A DNA stretch of 61,725 bases from positions 1-61,725 of the forward strand of contig JBAXAI010000023.1 of the NCBI GenBank assembly GCA_037142615.1. Direction: 5' to 3'. The position numbers were made by a program, and so were the translations under genes. The notes beneath the pieces are model-generated. The model had not been told where the DNA came from, made no database searches, and saw nothing but the letters and a program-made list of their open reading frames with translations. Positions within the stretch are counted from its first letter, which is position 1. Each line of letters begins with the position of its first letter. Source of the stretch: Spirochaetales bacterium. Lineage in GTDB: Bacteria > Spirochaetota > Spirochaetia > JABEVK01. This document shows positions 10,070 to 19,732 of the stretch, in pieces.

Positions 10070-12946
10070 TCAGTCCAGGGGCAATTCTTCGATGTGGCCG
10101 GTTTGCTGGTTGAAGATGATCCGCACGGCGGTCTTCTTGGTACGAACTTCGAGCAGACGACCGTGGCTCTCGATGGAAACTCCGGGGTAAAGGTGCTCGC
10201 GCACCACGATTTCACTAGGGGTATGAGGCTCGAACTTGTCGCGCAGCTGGATGAGCTTCAGGTTGCGCTTTTCGAGCATCTTGATCAGCAGAACCTTCTT
10301 GCGTGCGGCGCTTCCGAGTTTTTCGCGGTCGTTGGGACCCGAGAGCCGCCGCATGATGGCGTCGAGGTGCACGATGGACTCCCGGAGCTTCTCGGTCTCT
10401 TTGACCTCGGCAACGATCTGGTCTTCGATTAGGTAGTCCTGACCGAACGAGACCTGAGTCTGAACGCCGTTTTGCGACCCAAGGTTCATCACATCGGCTC
10501 CCAACCGGGTCTTGGTCAGCCCGCCGACGATTCCGCCACCCGTGGCCTTCTGGTAGATTTTTCCGTTGACCCGCAAAGTGCAGTTGAGCGACGACTTGCC
10601 AATGTGAACGTCGCCAACGGCCATCACCAGGCTGCGTTCCATGAACCCGACCGAGACGTGTTTCTTGGCGCGGAGCACAGCCTTGCCCTCGCCGTGAATG
10701 CCGTCGGCGACCTGAATATTGCTGTCAGACGACAGCAGGGCCCCACCGACGCGTCCGCGGACCTTGACGTTGCCGGCCATGATGTAGGCACCGCTCTCCA
10801 CGGGCCCGGAAACCATCACTTCGCCCGCGAACTTGACCCCGCCCGAACCGCTGGGCACCGAAGCGAGCGCGATTTGGCTGATCAGACTGATTGACTCGCC
10901 ATCGAACACCAAGTCGCCGTTTTTGAGTGGCATCAAGAGCTGGCGGCCGTCGGGGGCCGACTCGATTTCGAAGTCCTCAGAGATCACCAGGCTATGGATC
11001 TCCATGTCGCTTGAGGGAATGAGATTGCCAAGCACGTCGGTGCCATCGACCTCGTCCTCGGCCGGAGGCTGGTATTCGGCCGCCACTTCGCCGATGCGCG
11101 CGGGACAGCGGCGAAGGCCCTTGGCATCGCGTCGCAGCGGGTTGGGAAAACTCAGGCGCCGTTCCAAGTCGTTGCCTGCGGGAATCCCCTTGGCGATCAA
11201 CACTTTTTCAACCGGCGTGCCGGCGAGCGCGGCTTTGAGGGCCTCGTCAATTTTTTCGTCGAGCAGACCGTGCATCACTTGTTCGCGAGTCAGGGCCAGG
11301 TCAATCAACCCCCGCGTCAAGCGCTTGCCGCTCCCTTTGCCCTGGGTCAGCGTAAGGTGGGCGACCATGTTGTCGGGCGATCGGGTGACGGTCGCCACGG
11401 CGTCCTGATGGAAGCGCATCCGAAAGGCCATTACCCCGGCCTGGGTTCCCACCTCGAGAAGCCCATCCTGTGTGGCTTGCAGTCCATCGGCGACGCGCTG
11501 AACCCCGGCCAGCAGAACCACCTCGGGCTCGTTTCCGGGCGGTGCCGGGATACGCTGGCCCGAAACGTCTACGCCCTCTTCCCCGGCGGCGTCCTCCGGA
11601 GTCTGAAAGACCGCGAAAATTTGGCCGTTCTTCAACGGGGTCGCCTTTTCCAGCTTCTCGAGACCCTGGGCACTGGGCTCGAAGGCCTTCACGAGCGGCG
11701 CCAAGTCCTCTTCTGTCAGGAACCCGACGCGGTATTCGAGCGTCCGTGTGCCCCCCCGTACCGGAGGCTTGCCCGTTGCAAGCAAGAAATCTTTCAGTTC
11801 AGTCCGAGAACTGCCCAGGAACTCGGTGATCGTTCCCTTCACGGTTTCGAAGTTGAACCCCTTGAGGTTGGCCTCCCGGAGTTTGGTCCCCAAGTCCTTG
11901 AGCGAAATAGGCTCACCGCCGCCAAGCGGCTTAGTGATGGTCAGAAAAGCTTGGCTGCGGTCCGGCGAAAAGTGCACCTCGAAACGGCCTTCGCGGGAAG
12001 GAGTGAGCGGGTGGCTGAACAGAGACTTGCGGGTGTGCACCACCGCGTCGATCAGGCTCTGCAGTTCGTGCGCCGGCGGAACTCGGTCGAGCGAGAAGGC
12101 CTGCTCGGTCAGGTGCGCCAGCAACGTGTCGGCCGACAGCGGTTGAGCGTGGGGACTTCCGGGCTCCAAGGTCAAGAAGGCACTGGTCTTGTCGGCCGAG
12201 AAGGTGATTTCCCATCGGTGTTGGTCAAAGGGAACAATGTCGGCCCAGTTGCGGCCGATGCGCAGAAAACCCGACGACTCAGCAAGAACCTCAGCGCGCT
12301 GGCGAAGCAGGTACTTGCCTACGTAAAAGGCGGCGGGTTTGCTGGTCGGCGGCGGGATTGGCTTGCCCGTGAGGTCCAGGCCGGGCTTGCCGGGCCGCGG
12401 GGGGGCAACCTGCGCGACCCTCGTGCCGGCGTTCACGAAGAATACCCGCCCGGGGTTGGGATCGACCAGAACTTTTTCGCGCACTTCCCGGCTTTCGACA
12501 ACGGTTTCGAGCCCCTGTTTATCGTGACCGAACAGCCCGCCCTTCACCTCGACTTTTTTTTGAACGTGCACCTTTTCGACCCGGACGTTGTAGACCTCGG
12601 GGTGCCCAGCTGCCTTGACGACCTTGACCGACAGCTCCTTCATTTCGGGTGGAAGGTTCAGCAGTTCGTCCCAGATCCAGTCGTCGCCGCGCGGGGGGTC
12701 CGGGAGTTCGCCCTTGGCCACGAGCACGCGGCTGGTGGCGTCTTTCGACTTGGCGAACCTCTGCACGACTTCGACGAGCTCGCCGGGCTCAAAACCCGAG
12801 GTGACCCCAGCGTCGGCCAAAATGCGGACCACCGCTCCCTCGTCGTAAACGAGGTCGCCTTCTTTGGACAGCGTCAGGTGGGCCTGCAAGAGGACAGTGT
12901 CGACTTCCACCGCGAGGGTGCCCTTAAAATGCAACGAGGTCGCCAT
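10070..12946 (-). CDS. FapA/DUF342 family protein (long form, 958 aa)
   Basis: Repeated DxxxAxLT..P..G / IAKG.P FapA_N-like units, DGTDVLG, beta-helix region, C-terminal coiled coil and LYPGVSI. Confidence 0.8.
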   Translation of the reverse strand: MATSLHFKGTLAVEVDTVLLQAHLTLSKEGDLVYDEGAVVRILADAGVTSGFEPGELVEVVQRFAKSKDATSRVLVAKGELPDPPRGDDWIWDELLNLPPEMKELSVKVVKAAGHPEVYNVRVEKVHVQKKVEVKGGLFGHDKQGLETVVESREVREKVLVDPNPGRVFFVNAGTRVAQVAPPRPGKPGLDLTGKPIPPPTSKPAAFYVGKYLLRQRAEVLAESSGFLRIGRNWADIVPFDQHRWEITFSADKTSAFLTLEPGSPHAQPLSADTLLAHLTEQAFSLDRVPPAHELQSLIDAVVHTRKSLFSHPLTPSREGRFEVHFSPDRSQAFLTITKPLGGGEPISLKDLGTKLREANLKGFNFETVKGTITEFLGSSRTELKDFLLATGKPPVRGGTRTLEYRVGFLTEEDLAPLVKAFEPSAQGLEKLEKATPLKNGQIFAVFQTPEDAAGEEGVDVSGQRIPAPPGNEPEVVLLAGVQRVADGLQATQDGLLEVGTQAGVMAFRMRFHQDAVATVTRSPDNMVAHLTLTQGKGSGKRLTRGLIDLALTREQVMHGLLDEKIDEALKAALAGTPVEKVLIAKGIPAGNDLERRLSFPNPLRRDAKGLRRCPARIGEVAAEYQPPAEDEVDGTDVLGNLIPSSDMEIHSLVISEDFEIESAPDGRQLLMPLKNGDLVFDGESISLISQIALASVPSGSGGVKFAGEVMVSGPVESGAYIMAGNVKVRGRVGGALLSSDSNIQVADGIHGEGKAVLRAKKHVSVGFMERSLVMAVGDVHIGKSSLNCTLRVNGKIYQKATGGGIVGGLTKTRLGADVMNLGSQNGVQTQVSFGQDYLIEDQIVAEVKETEKLRESIVHLDAIMRRLSGPNDREKLGSAARKKVLLIKMLEKRNLKLIQLRDKFEPHTPSEIVVREHLYPGVSIESHGRLLEVRTKKTAVRIIFNQQTGHIEELPLD

Positions 12947-12952
12947 CGAGCC

Positions 12953-14098
12953 CTACAACTTGATGCCGGCCTGAATGGCCTTGACGATCTTCGACTTGAG
13001 AAGAAGGTTCTCTTTTTTGAGTTGGTTGATTTCGAATTGCTGGGTCTTCACGGTCTCCATCAGGTCGCCCATGGTGAGGGCTCCGCTCTGGAGCAGTTCC
13101 TGCAGGTAGGCCATTTTGGCCTCAAAGTCGACCTCGGCCTCGAGAACGGCCGTTTGGTGACTCTCTTCGAGGGCCTGGAAATTGAGGGGGCCGGTTCCCG
13201 AACCATCGACGGGAAGAATCTTGTCGGCGATGCGGTAGATGGCCTGGGAAAGCACCGACTGGGGCTTGTACAGCACAATGGGCAACCGGGAGCTGAGGGC
13301 GATGTCTTGTATCTCGTCGCGGTAGATGACGCCCAGGTGCTCCAAATCATAGCCCAGGTACTGCTGGCACGAGCGCCGTACCTTGTTGGCCTTTTCGACG
13401 TCTTTGGGGTCTTCGAGCATGTTGAAGATGAACCGGGGCTGAAAGTTAGCGCTGGCCTTCATGTAGGTCGCGTAGCTCTCGGGGTCTTTTTCTTTCACCT
13501 TTTCAAGGAACTTCGGGATGTACATCTTCTGCAACGCGCTGCCGCCCGAAATCAGTTTATGAAACTGCAAATCGGCCCAAGAACCCTTCTGGAACGACGT
13601 TTCGAGGATGCGGAACACCGCATTTTTGAGGAAGAAATAGGCATTGAGCGTGGCGGTGAGTGTCGGAGTGGTGATGACAATGCCATGACCCGACATGAGG
13701 AAGAAATCGATGGTGTTCGTACTGGTGCCGGCGCCCAGATCGATGACCAGAATGTCGGTGTCGGGAAGCCCCAGCAAGTTCTTGATGAGGTTTCGCTTCT
13801 GCAGGGATTTGAGGTTGGCCATGCCCGGGATCTCGGAATCGCCAGGAATGAACCGGAGGTTGTCAACGTCGGTATCGACGATGATATCTTCAAAGTCCAT
13901 GGAAGGGTCGTTGATCCAGGTACCAATTCCAACGGGAATTCCCCGAAGTCCCAGAATCAAGTGGAGGTTGGAGCCACCCAGGTCCAGGTCGGCGAGCACC
14001 ACATTTTTGCCAGCCTGGGCGAGCGCAATGGCGAGGTTGGCAGCCACTAAGGACTTGCCGACACCACCCTTTCCGCTCGCGATGGGAATGATTTGCAC
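12953..14098 (-). CDS. MinD/FlhG/ParA family P-loop ATPase with C-terminal coiled coil
   Basis: Deviant Walker A SGKGGVGKS, ADLDLGGSNLH, IDLGAGT; GTG start with GGAGG. Confidence 0.9.
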   Translation of the reverse strand: MQIIPIASGKGGVGKSLVAANLAIALAQAGKNVVLADLDLGGSNLHLILGLRGIPVGIGTWINDPSMDFEDIIVDTDVDNLRFIPGDSEIPGMANLKSLQKRNLIKNLLGLPDTDILVIDLGAGTSTNTIDFFLMSGHGIVITTPTLTATLNAYFFLKNAVFRILETSFQKGSWADLQFHKLISGGSALQKMYIPKFLEKVKEKDPESYATYMKASANFQPRFIFNMLEDPKDVEKANKVRRSCQQYLGYDLEHLGVIYRDEIQDIALSSRLPIVLYKPQSVLSQAIYRIADKILPVDGSGTGPLNFQALEESHQTAVLEAEVDFEAKMAYLQELLQSGALTMGDLMETVKTQQFEINQLKKENLLLKSKIVKAIQAGIKL

Positions 14099-14171
14099 CT
14101 TCGTGCCTCCGAAGGATCATTCTAATTCCGCACCTATGCACGGTCAAGTGTAACGTACTATATTGGCGCCC

Positions 14172-15617
14172 ATGGAACCCCGCGACAAAAAGAAAATTCT
14201 GATCGGCGGAAGCCTCGCCGGAGCCGGAGCTGTGGCGATATTTCTGGTGCTTTTCTTTACCTTGGGACCGGCCGTTTTCGGTCAGAGCTCGACCGGCCAG
14301 TCGCCTTCTGAACGGCGCTACGCCCAAATGTTCGAACAGGTCTTCTCCTTCGTCAGTCGCAATTACGTTGACGAGCCCGACCAGCAGAAACTCTTCGACG
14401 GCGCCATGAAAGGGCTCTTCGACAGCCTTGGTGACCCCCACAGCCTGTACCTCAGCGACTCCGACATGATGAGCATGAACGACACCACCACCGGCGAGTT
14501 CGGAGGGGTGGGACTCTACATCAACAAGGTGGAGCCCAGCCAGGCCGAAAAGTCGGGCGAAGTGCGCGACCACTACGTGGAAATCGTTGCCCCCATTGAA
14601 GATACACCAGCGTACAAGGCCGGAATTCTCGCCGGCGATTACATCACCAAGATCGAAGGTGAGGACGTTACCCCTTACACGATGGACAAGGTGCTTTCGG
14701 TGCTTCGCGGTAAGCCCGGTACCGAGGTCAAAGTGACCGTGCTGCGGGGAAGCGCCACGCTCCTCGACTTCACGCTGCAGCGTGCGACGATCGAGATCCC
14801 CACCATCAAGACGGCCTGGATTGACCCAGGAATCGCCTACCTGCGCATCACGCAATTCAACGCCCACACTCGGGAAAAGTTCGATCTGGCCATCGCGGAC
14901 TTCAACAAAAAGGGCTTCGGAAAACTCATCATCGACCTTCGCAACAATCCCGGTGGCTTGCTCGAAGATGTGGCCAAGATCGGGGGCCGGTTCTTCAAGG
15001 ACGGGGTGATCGTGAGCACCCGTTCACGAGTCCCCGGAGAGTCCGCCGTGTTCAACGCCGAAGGCGAGCAAACGGTCGCCGACAACGTGCAAATCATCGT
15101 GCTGATCGACAAGGGAAGCGCGTCGGCCGCCGAGATTCTTTCGGGGGCGCTCAAGGACCGCAAGCGAGCCCTTTTGCTCGGCGAGACCTCGTACGGCAAG
15201 GGCTCGGTGCAGCAGATTATCCCCTTCGACAAGACCGGTTTCAAGCTGACGATGGCAAGGTACTATACCCCCTCGGGGGTCAACATCGACAAGGTGGGAA
15301 TCAAGCCCGATGTCGAGGTCAAGGATCCGGAACTGACCGACCCGGAACTCGAGATCTACCGCAAACTCCTCCAGGAAAAACGCCTCGAAACCTGGGCCAA
15401 GGCTCACCCCGATGCGTCCGACGCCTCGGTTCAACTGTTCGTCAAGGAAGTCCAAAAAGCTGGTTTCACGCTGGGTGATCGCCTGCTGGCGCGTATGGTC
15501 CGAATCGAGCAGTGGAGGGTGAAGAACCAGAACCCTCCCACCATCGACCTTGCTTTCGACATTGTCTTGCAGAAGGCGGTCGAACTGCTGAACGCCGGAC
15601 CGCTGGACATCAAGTGA
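14172..15617 (+). CDS. ctpA: S41 family carboxyl-terminal processing protease (PDZ)
   Basis: GEFGGVG, PDZ, DLRNNPGGLL, SASAAEI, SYGKGSVQ, ARYYTPSG; N-terminal TM. Confidence 0.93.
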   Translation: MEPRDKKKILIGGSLAGAGAVAIFLVLFFTLGPAVFGQSSTGQSPSERRYAQMFEQVFSFVSRNYVDEPDQQKLFDGAMKGLFDSLGDPHSLYLSDSDMMSMNDTTTGEFGGVGLYINKVEPSQAEKSGEVRDHYVEIVAPIEDTPAYKAGILAGDYITKIEGEDVTPYTMDKVLSVLRGKPGTEVKVTVLRGSATLLDFTLQRATIEIPTIKTAWIDPGIAYLRITQFNAHTREKFDLAIADFNKKGFGKLIIDLRNNPGGLLEDVAKIGGRFFKDGVIVSTRSRVPGESAVFNAEGEQTVADNVQIIVLIDKGSASAAEILSGALKDRKRALLLGETSYGKGSVQQIIPFDKTGFKLTMARYYTPSGVNIDKVGIKPDVEVKDPELTDPELEIYRKLLQEKRLETWAKAHPDASDASVQLFVKEVQKAGFTLGDRLLARMVRIEQWRVKNQNPPTIDLAFDIVLQKAVELLNAGPLDIK

Positions 15618-16390
15618 AGCAACTGGTCCTCGCCCCCGAAGCGGCGGGTCTGGACCAGATCCGGGTGGACGGTGCCGACTTCCACTACTTGGCGCACGTG
15701 CGCCGCCTGGTGTTGGGCGACCGCATTGCAGCGTTGGCTGGTGTGTCGCGCTTGGTTCTTGAACTGGCGGCCCGCGACGCTGAGTCAGTCACCTTCCGGG
15801 TTCTGTCTTCCGCGCCGAGTGTCGATGAAAAGCCCGCACTGACCCTGTTTCCTTTTCTGCTGAAGGCAGGAAAACTCGACGACGTGATAAGGCAGGCCTG
15901 CGAGGCCGGCGTGACTCAAATTGTGCCGGTGGAGGGCGACCATTGCGTCAGTCGGCTATCTGCCGGCGACCTGCCCCACAAACTGGAACGGTGGCAAGCC
16001 ATCGCGCGCCAGGCGGCCCAGCAGTCGGGGAACCTGGCGTTGTGCGAGGTGTTTCCGCCGGTTCCCTCGCGGCAGGTCACCCGGTGGTGGGCCTCCCGGG
16101 GCCCGCTCCTGGCCTTTCACCAAACCCAACTCGCTCCCGTTTCCAAGGCAAACCTGCACCGCTACCTTGCCGACGACCCGCGCCACATCGGCCTCTTGGT
16201 GGGCCCCGAAGGGGGGCTTTCCGAGGCAGAGGTCACGGCGCTTTTGGCCGAAGGGTGCCTTCCCGTCTGGCTTGGTCCCGCAGTCCTGCGGGCCGAAACG
16301 GCCTCTATCCATGCGGCGGCCGCCGTGAATATCATTCTCCAGGAGAGGTCGGAATGGACAATCAACCCGCCAACGGAATCACACGTATAA
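15614..16390 (+). CDS. rsmE: 16S rRNA m3U1498 methyltransferase
   Basis: HYLAHVRR, EAGV, VGPEGGLS, LGPAVLRAETA; GTG overlaps the ctpA stop. Confidence 0.93.
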   Translation: MKQLVLAPEAAGLDQIRVDGADFHYLAHVRRLVLGDRIAALAGVSRLVLELAARDAESVTFRVLSSAPSVDEKPALTLFPFLLKAGKLDDVIRQACEAGVTQIVPVEGDHCVSRLSAGDLPHKLERWQAIARQAAQQSGNLALCEVFPPVPSRQVTRWWASRGPLLAFHQTQLAPVSKANLHRYLADDPRHIGLLVGPEGGLSEAEVTALLAEGCLPVWLGPAVLRAETASIHAAAAVNIILQERSEWTINPPTESHV

Positions 16391-17121
16391 CCCTGCTCAA
16401 GGTTCCTCTCGACATTATCCCCGAAAGCGCCATCGCCTCGCTGGCCTTGAGCTTCGCAGCCACAGCGGGCCAGAAGTCCATCGTGTTTCTGACCTTCCGC
16501 ACGCTGATGAAGGCCAACCGCGACCCGGAATTGCTGTCCTACCTCAAGAGCGCTGCCCTGATCGTGCCAGTATCGAAGTCGCTCGAACTCGCTTGCCGGT
16601 TCCTCAAGCTGCCACAGCCCGTTCGGCATTACCCGTTTGATTTCTGCGTGCGTCTGCTGGGAACACTCGAGGAAAAACGGCACACAGTCTACCTTTTGGG
16701 CGAGAATCACAACGGCCTGCAAACCGTGGCCGGCACCATGCGGTCCACGTTTCCGGGATTGACCCTGGTAGGGCGGCACAGCGGCTTCTACGGTCGGGAA
16801 AGCGAGAACCTGATCCTGACCGCAATTCAAAAGGCCACCCCGACCGTTCTCTTCCTGGGCCCAGGAATCGGCGGTCGCGAAAAGTGGATCTTTCGGCAGG
16901 GAAAGGGGTTGCCCGTTCGAATTGCTGTCTACTCCGAGGACAGTTTCGCCATCATGGCCGGGCGGAAGAAGCGCCCCAACCGGCCGTCGTTCCGCAAGGG
17001 GACCCACGAAATGACCCGTACAATTGTCAACCCGCTACGCATGGCCAGGTTGGCAAACTACCTCTGGTTTGGCGTTCTCCTCCTTGTCTACCGCTTGAAG
17101 CGAACAACGCCGTCAAGTTAG
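16354..17121 (+). CDS. WecB/TagA/CpsF family glycosyltransferase (divergent)
   Basis: VYLLG, FPGLTLVGRHSGFY, IQKATPTVLFLG..REKWI; ATG 16354 with GGAG upstream. Confidence 0.8.
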   Translation: MDNQPANGITRITLLKVPLDIIPESAIASLALSFAATAGQKSIVFLTFRTLMKANRDPELLSYLKSAALIVPVSKSLELACRFLKLPQPVRHYPFDFCVRLLGTLEEKRHTVYLLGENHNGLQTVAGTMRSTFPGLTLVGRHSGFYGRESENLILTAIQKATPTVLFLGPGIGGREKWIFRQGKGLPVRIAVYSEDSFAIMAGRKKRPNRPSFRKGTHEMTRTIVNPLRMARLANYLWFGVLLLVYRLKRTTPSS

Positions 17122-17154
17122 TATTCACGCAATATTTCATTTAGTTGGTATTGC

Positions 17155-18168
17155 ATGATGCTTTTTTGTTTGCAGTTGGGACTTGTTTGCGACGGGCCCT
17201 TCACAGGCGATAGACTAGCCGCTAAGCTTCCTTCGAGTGTGAATCCGATTCATTTTCGAACATGGAACGAGCTGGTTGCCGCGGGAGTCGCCCTCGATAT
17301 CGCCCTCCATTATGACCGTAGCGGTGGCGAGGTGCCGCCCGACCTTGCCGTGCCTGTCGTCGCAGTGGGTTCAGAAGCCTTGGATTGGGGCCCCCAAGAA
17401 TGGGAGGCGGTCCTGTTTACAGCGGCCGGACAGAAACCCCGCAAGCATCCCCTGCAGCGGTTGGTCGGTTTCTCGCGACCCATCTTGGAGTTCAAGCGAC
17501 AGTTGTTGCGTGTATCAGCCTCGTCTCACCCTCTGCTTTTGACCGGCGAGAATGGAACCGGCAAGGACCTTGCCGCGAATCTGGCGCACGAACTGTCGGA
17601 TCGAGCAGAAAGTGCCTTTGTTGCCGTCAACTGCAGTGCCATCCCCGTTCAACTGGCCGAATCGCTGCTATTCGGCAGCGTGCGCGGGGCCTACACCGAT
17701 GCAGAAAACCGACACGGCTACTGTCAGGAAGCGCAGGGTGGCACGCTGTTCCTCGATGAAATCGGCGAACTGCCGCCGGAGGTGCAGGCCAAGCTGTTAC
17801 GGGTGCTCGAAAATCAAGAGGTTCGTCGGGTCGGGTCCAACAAGAGCGAAAAAGTAAACTTCCGCCTGATCAGCGCCACGAACCGGAACCTCGCTGAGCG
17901 AGTCCGCCTGGGCCTGTTCCGCGAAGACCTCTACTACCGCATCAACGTTCTGACCATTCGGATGCCGGCCCTGCGGGACCGGCGTGACGACATACCACAC
18001 TTGGTCCGGCACTTCAGCAAGCTGCGGGTGAGCCACAGCGCTCTGGAGAAACTTTGCGGCCACGACTGGCCGGGAAACCTCCGGCAACTCCGAAACGTCA
18101 TCGTCCGGGCCGAGGTGCTTCACGACACCGGCGAACTCGATGAGCACCACCTCGATTTCGGCGACTAG
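17155..18168 (+). CDS. Sigma-54-dependent enhancer-binding AAA+ protein lacking a C-terminal HTH (true start possibly GTG 17239)
   Basis: GENGTGKD, VNCSAIP, LFGSVRGAYTDA, TLFLDEIGE, FREDLYYRINV, WPGNLRQLRN. Confidence 0.88.
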   Translation: MMLFCLQLGLVCDGPFTGDRLAAKLPSSVNPIHFRTWNELVAAGVALDIALHYDRSGGEVPPDLAVPVVAVGSEALDWGPQEWEAVLFTAAGQKPRKHPLQRLVGFSRPILEFKRQLLRVSASSHPLLLTGENGTGKDLAANLAHELSDRAESAFVAVNCSAIPVQLAESLLFGSVRGAYTDAENRHGYCQEAQGGTLFLDEIGELPPEVQAKLLRVLENQEVRRVGSNKSEKVNFRLISATNRNLAERVRLGLFREDLYYRINVLTIRMPALRDRRDDIPHLVRHFSKLRVSHSALEKLCGHDWPGNLRQLRNVIVRAEVLHDTGELDEHHLDFGD

Positions 18169-18611
18169 AACATCAAGGGGACGGCCAGCACACGGAACGA
18201 AGGAACAGAACCCTGGTCGGTGGTGACCATTTTTTCGTACACAGCCGCGACCTGAAACTTCCTGTAGGGGTAAACGAGGGTTTCAGTGCCGGTGCGGGGC
18301 TTCTTTGCCACGACAATGGTGGACCAATCCGCACCCGAGAAGGTCAGCACCACTTTGGTCGCCACGAGTTTCTGCTCAGAAAGCCATTGCGCTTCAACAA
18401 ACTCGACCCTCGCCACGAAGGGATCTTCGGACTCCAACTCCACGGAACCAGCGGCCCCCGTGAGCAAGTAAAGTGTTCCCGGAACGGGATTTTCGGACTG
18501 GAAAGACCCGATGGTTTTGTCGAGAGCGACCTTGCCCGTAAAGGCCGTGTCCTTTGACCACACAGCCGGGGTGAAAAACAGGACAATTATCCCGAAAAAC
18601 AGACGAAGCAT
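18165..18611 (-). CDS. Hypothetical exported protein
   Basis: 148-aa ORF with signal-peptide-like N-terminus, AAGGA RBS and TACACT -10 upstream. Confidence 0.7.
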   Translation of the reverse strand: MLRLFFGIIVLFFTPAVWSKDTAFTGKVALDKTIGSFQSENPVPGTLYLLTGAAGSVELESEDPFVARVEFVEAQWLSEQKLVATKVVLTFSGADWSTIVVAKKPRTGTETLVYPYRKFQVAAVYEKMVTTDQGSVPSFRVLAVPLMF

Positions 18612-18668
18612 ATTGAAATCCTTTGTGCGAAGTGTAAAATCTAAAGTGGATTGGGGTCAAGGTTCAAT

Positions 18669-18697
18669 TTGACAAAGCAGACCCTGCTTCCTATTAT
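18669..18697 (+). promoter_or_regulatory. sigma70 promoter of the STAS-chaperone-pspA operon, with an inverted repeat in the spacer
   Basis: TTGACA 18669-18674, 17 bp, TATTAT 18692-18697; AAGCAG-acc-CTGCTT at 18675-18689. Confidence 0.72.
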
Positions 18698-18754
18698 GTA
18701 GGACTATCCGGTGTTTTCAGGGTCTGAGTGGGTCCTGAGAGATGAGGGGAATTG

Positions 18755-19315
18755 ATGAGCAGCAACAATGAAATCGTTTCCGGCTTTGACGACGAAAAGG
18801 ATGACAGCCTCAAGATCCGTCTCCAGCGGGTTGATGAGGTCGAAAACTGCCTGGTTCTCTACCTGACGGGCTACATCGATACCTACAATTCGAACTTCTT
18901 CCAAAAGCGCGTTTCCAAGGCAATCGACGGCGGCTTCACCCGCATCATTTTCCAGTGCTCGGGGCTCAACTACGTTTCGAGTACCGGCATCGGGTCATTC
19001 ACCGCCTTCCTGAAGCAAGTCAAACCCAAGGGTGGCGACGTGGTTCTGCTTGAAATCCAACCGAAGGTCTACGAAGTGTTCCAGCTGCTTGGCTTCTCGC
19101 AGTTCTTCAACATCAAAGACACCACGGAAGACGCTGTGCGTTTCTTCAAGGGCGGCAACGCTTCGGAAGGTTCTGATAACGGTCTGTTCCCCAAGACCTT
19201 CGGCTGTCCTATCTGCAGCAAAAAACTGCGCGCCGCCCGACCCGGTCGTTTCCGTTGCTCCGAGTGCAAGACAATTCTTGCCATCGACAATGCCGGCCAG
19301 GTCTTCCTTGGGTGA
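18755..19315 (+). CDS. STAS-domain anti-sigma factor antagonist with C-terminal zinc ribbon
   Basis: LTGYIDTYN, LNYVSSTGIG, VYEVFQLLGF; C-terminal CPIC..CSEC. Confidence 0.9.
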   Translation: MSSNNEIVSGFDDEKDDSLKIRLQRVDEVENCLVLYLTGYIDTYNSNFFQKRVSKAIDGGFTRIIFQCSGLNYVSSTGIGSFTAFLKQVKPKGGDVVLLEIQPKVYEVFQLLGFSQFFNIKDTTEDAVRFFKGGNASEGSDNGLFPKTFGCPICSKKLRAARPGRFRCSECKTILAIDNAGQVFLG

Positions 19316-19325
19316 TTTCAAGAAG

Positions 19326-19718
19326 ATGGATCTGACCGAAGCCAAGAACAAGCTCGAAGGCTATTTCATCACCCTTGGTCTCACTTACCAACTCATCGGG
19401 GATGGAACCTGGGTCGTTACCGACGACGATGCCGGGGTGCATCAGGTGGTGGTAGTCATCGAAGACCCCATCGTGATCGTACGGGTAACGGTTATGCCCT
19501 TGCCCCACAACAACCGCGAACCCTTTTTTGAGACGGTCCTCCGGATGAATGCGAACGACCTTTTTCACGTGGCCTATGCTGTGGAAGGCGAACACCTCAT
19601 CCTGTCGAACTCCTTCATTCTCCAAACTCTCGATCTGGAGGAACTGCAGGGCGCCTTCGACGAAATTGGGCTGGCGCTCATCCAGCACTACTCCATCCTG
19701 ACAAAGTACCGTAACTAG
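19326..19718 (+). CDS. YbjN/CesT-like type III chaperone-fold protein
   Basis: 130-aa acidic protein with the pattern FFETVLRMNA.DLFHVAYAV..LQTLDLEEL; directly upstream of pspA. Confidence 0.72.
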   Translation: MDLTEAKNKLEGYFITLGLTYQLIGDGTWVVTDDDAGVHQVVVVIEDPIVIVRVTVMPLPHNNREPFFETVLRMNANDLFHVAYAVEGEHLILSNSFILQTLDLEELQGAFDEIGLALIQHYSILTKYRN

Positions 19719-19732
19719 CCAAGGAGCACGAC

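Noticed and set aside
11270-14050. 926-aa plus-strand ORF, and similar long antisense ORFs (449-1840, 7327-8994, 26658-28328, 57000-58766)
   Set aside because: They are shadows of well-supported genes on the opposite strand, expected in GC-rich DNA, and carry no recognisable motifs.
17143-17190. Possible sigma54 -24/-12 promoter upstream of the activator gene
   Set aside because: The GG-to-GC spacing is 11 and 9 nt in the two candidates, not the required 10.
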